Shown here: piece by piece, positions 55,537 through 57,042 of the stretch
Numbering within the stretch: position 1 is the first letter of the stretch
Layout: every line of letters begins with the position of its first letter
From: Ornithinibacter sp.
GTDB lineage: Bacteria; Actinomycetota; Actinomycetes; Actinomycetales; Dermatophilaceae
Assembly: GCA_039915055.1 (NCBI GenBank)
Contig: JBDSNZ010000227.1
Coordinates: forward strand, 1-57,042
Length of the DNA: 57,042 nucleotides
Reading direction: 5' to 3'
Position numbers and translations under genes: made by a program
Notes under the pieces: generated by a model
Told to the model about the DNA's origin: nothing
Databases searched by the model: none
Seen by the model: the letters and a program-made list of their open reading frames with translations, nothing else

Positions 55537-57042
55537 TCAGCTCCAGACGAGGGCGCGGGATGGGTCTGCCAGCAGGGCCGCGACATCCGCGAGGAAGCGG
55601 CTGCCGAGCTCACCGTCGACGAGCCGGTGGTCGAAGGAGAGCGCGAGCGTGGTGACCCAGCGCGGTGCGATCACCTCGGACCCGTCAGCGGCCGTGATGA
55701 CCCAGGGCCGGCGGGCCACCGTGCCGAACGCCATGATCGCGGCCTCACCAGGATTGAGGATCGGGGTCCCGGCATCCACCCCGAACACCCCGACGTTGGT
55801 GATGGTGATCGTGCCGCCCGACATCTCCGCAGGCTGCGTGCGGCCGTCGCGCGCGGTGGCGGTGAGCACGCCGATCGCCTCCGCCAGCTCGCGCATCGAC
55901 ATGGCGTCGGCGTCCTTGACGTTGGGCACGACGAGGCCGCGGGGGGTGGCCGCGGCGATGCCGAGGTTGACGTAGTGCTTGAGCACGATCTCCTGCGCGG
56001 CTTCGTCCCAGCTCGCGTTGACGCCGGGGTTGCGGCGGATCGCGACACACATCGCCTTCGCCAGCACGAGGAGCGGCGTGACCTTGACGTCGCGGAACTC
56101 TCGATCCTTCTTCAGTCGCTCGACGAGGTCCATCGTGGCGGTGACGTCGAGGGTGACCCACTCGGTCACGTGCGGCGCGGTGAACGCCGAGCCGACCATG
56201 GCCTGCGCGGTCATCTTGCGCACGCCCTTGATGGGCACCCGGGTCTCGCGCTCTCCGGGCGCACGTCCAGGATCGGATGCCGGTGCCGTGGCCTGCCCGG
56301 CCCCCGCACCTGCGGAGGCAGCCGCCTCCACGTCGGCTCGGGTGACCGTGCCGCCCTCGCCCGTCGGGGTCACCGACGCGAGATCGACGTCGAGGTCCTT
56401 GGCGAGCTTGCGCACTGGCGGTTTGGCGAGCGCCCGATCGCGAGATCCATCCGTCGAGGCGTGAACAACTGACCTATTGGTCGACTGTTCACCGGTTGTC
56501 GGGGCCGGGGCGGCGGGTGTCGAGTGAACAACTGACCTATTGGTCGATTGGTCACCGGCCGGGGGTGGGGGCACGCTGGGTGCCCGGGGCGGGAGGGGTG
56601 CGTCGTGCTCCTCGGGCCGACGCGTCGCGAGGCTCACCCGGGGGCGCCGCTTGGCCTCGGTCTGCTTCACGCCATAACCGACGAGCACTGCGGTGCGACC
56701 GGTCGACGTCGTGCCGCCGATCAGCCCCTCCGCGACCTCTTCCTCCGCGGGGGCCTGCGAGGCCGAGCCCCCGCTCGGCTGTGAGGTGGGCGCCGCCGGC
56801 ACGTCCGCGCCGTCGTCGACGGTGATGATCGGCGAGCCGACCTCGACGGTGTCACCCTCCGAGACATGGATCTCCGCCACGGTGCCGGCGAAAGGCACCG
56901 GCAGCTCCACGAGGGACTTCGCCGTCTCGACCTCCACGACGACGTCGTTGACCTTGACGGTGTCACCCACCGCGACGTGCCAGGTGACGATGTCGGCCTC
57001 GGTCAGACCCTCGCCGGGGTCGGGGAGCTTGAACTCACGCAG
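55537..57042 (-). CDS. 2-oxoacid dehydrogenase E2 (dihydrolipoamide acyltransferase); 5' end just outside window
   Basis: FKLPDPGEGLTEA, lipoyl ETAKS, AKPPVRKLA binding domain, FDHRLVDG. Confidence 0.95.
   Translation of the reverse strand: MREFKLPDPGEGLTEADIVTWHVAVGDTVKVNDVVVEVETAKSLVELPVPFAGTVAEIHVSEGDTVEVGSPIITVDDGADVPAAPTSQPSGGSASQAPAEEEVAEGLIGGTTSTGRTAVLVGYGVKQTEAKRRPRVSLATRRPEEHDAPLPPRAPSVPPPPAGDQSTNRSVVHSTPAAPAPTTGEQSTNRSVVHASTDGSRDRALAKPPVRKLAKDLDVDLASVTPTGEGGTVTRADVEAAASAGAGAGQATAPASDPGRAPGERETRVPIKGVRKMTAQAMVGSAFTAPHVTEWVTLDVTATMDLVERLKKDREFRDVKVTPLLVLAKAMCVAIRRNPGVNASWDEAAQEIVLKHYVNLGIAAATPRGLVVPNVKDADAMSMRELAEAIGVLTATARDGRTQPAEMSGGTITITNVGVFGVDAGTPILNPGEAAIMAFGTVARRPWVITAADGSEVIAPRWVTTLALSFDHRLVDGELGSRFLADVAALLADPSRALVWS
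56461..56555. repeat. Two intragenic copies of the 32 bp palindromic element, 63 bp period
   Basis: GTGAACAACTGACCTATTGGTCGA(C/T)TG(T/G)TCAC at 56461 and 56524; both encode QSTNRSVVH in the E2 linker. Confidence 0.92.

Overview
High-GC actinobacterial chromosome segment; gene style suggests Micrococcales, possibly Intrasporangiaceae, which is an inference. It carries about 50 CDS and two tRNAs (Ser-UGA, Gly-CCC). Most of it is housekeeping or metabolic: a PBP, cspA, a LacI-controlled sugar ABC operon, cysK-cysE, a FadF-like Fe-S oxidoreductase, an osmoprotectant ABC transporter, dcd, an SNF2 helicase, acyl-CoA dehydrogenases, a marR-MFS pair and a 2-oxoacid dehydrogenase E2. No CRISPR array, integrase or transposase was found. 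Highlights: (1) A coupled four-gene cytoplasmic proteolytic signalling operon (7492-12847): S8 subtilase with nine GYGSGV repeats, ECF sigma, small anti-sigma-like protein and TPR-CHAT caspase-like protease. The CHAT gene seems to start at a non-canonical ATC or by TAG read-through. (2) A dispersed 32-33 bp palindromic element found as an intergenic 3x43 bp array and also in frame inside two protein linkers, with its loop flipped. (3) A candidate secreted-toxin/bacteriocin cluster (secreted protein, ABC ATPase, permease, S53 protease) in which both signal peptides look split by a frameshift. (4) A strongly structured non-coding region upstream of the SNF2 helicase. (5) tRNA-associated repeats and a decayed relBE-type scar. 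All calls come from reading the sequence and recalled family motifs; no database searches were run.
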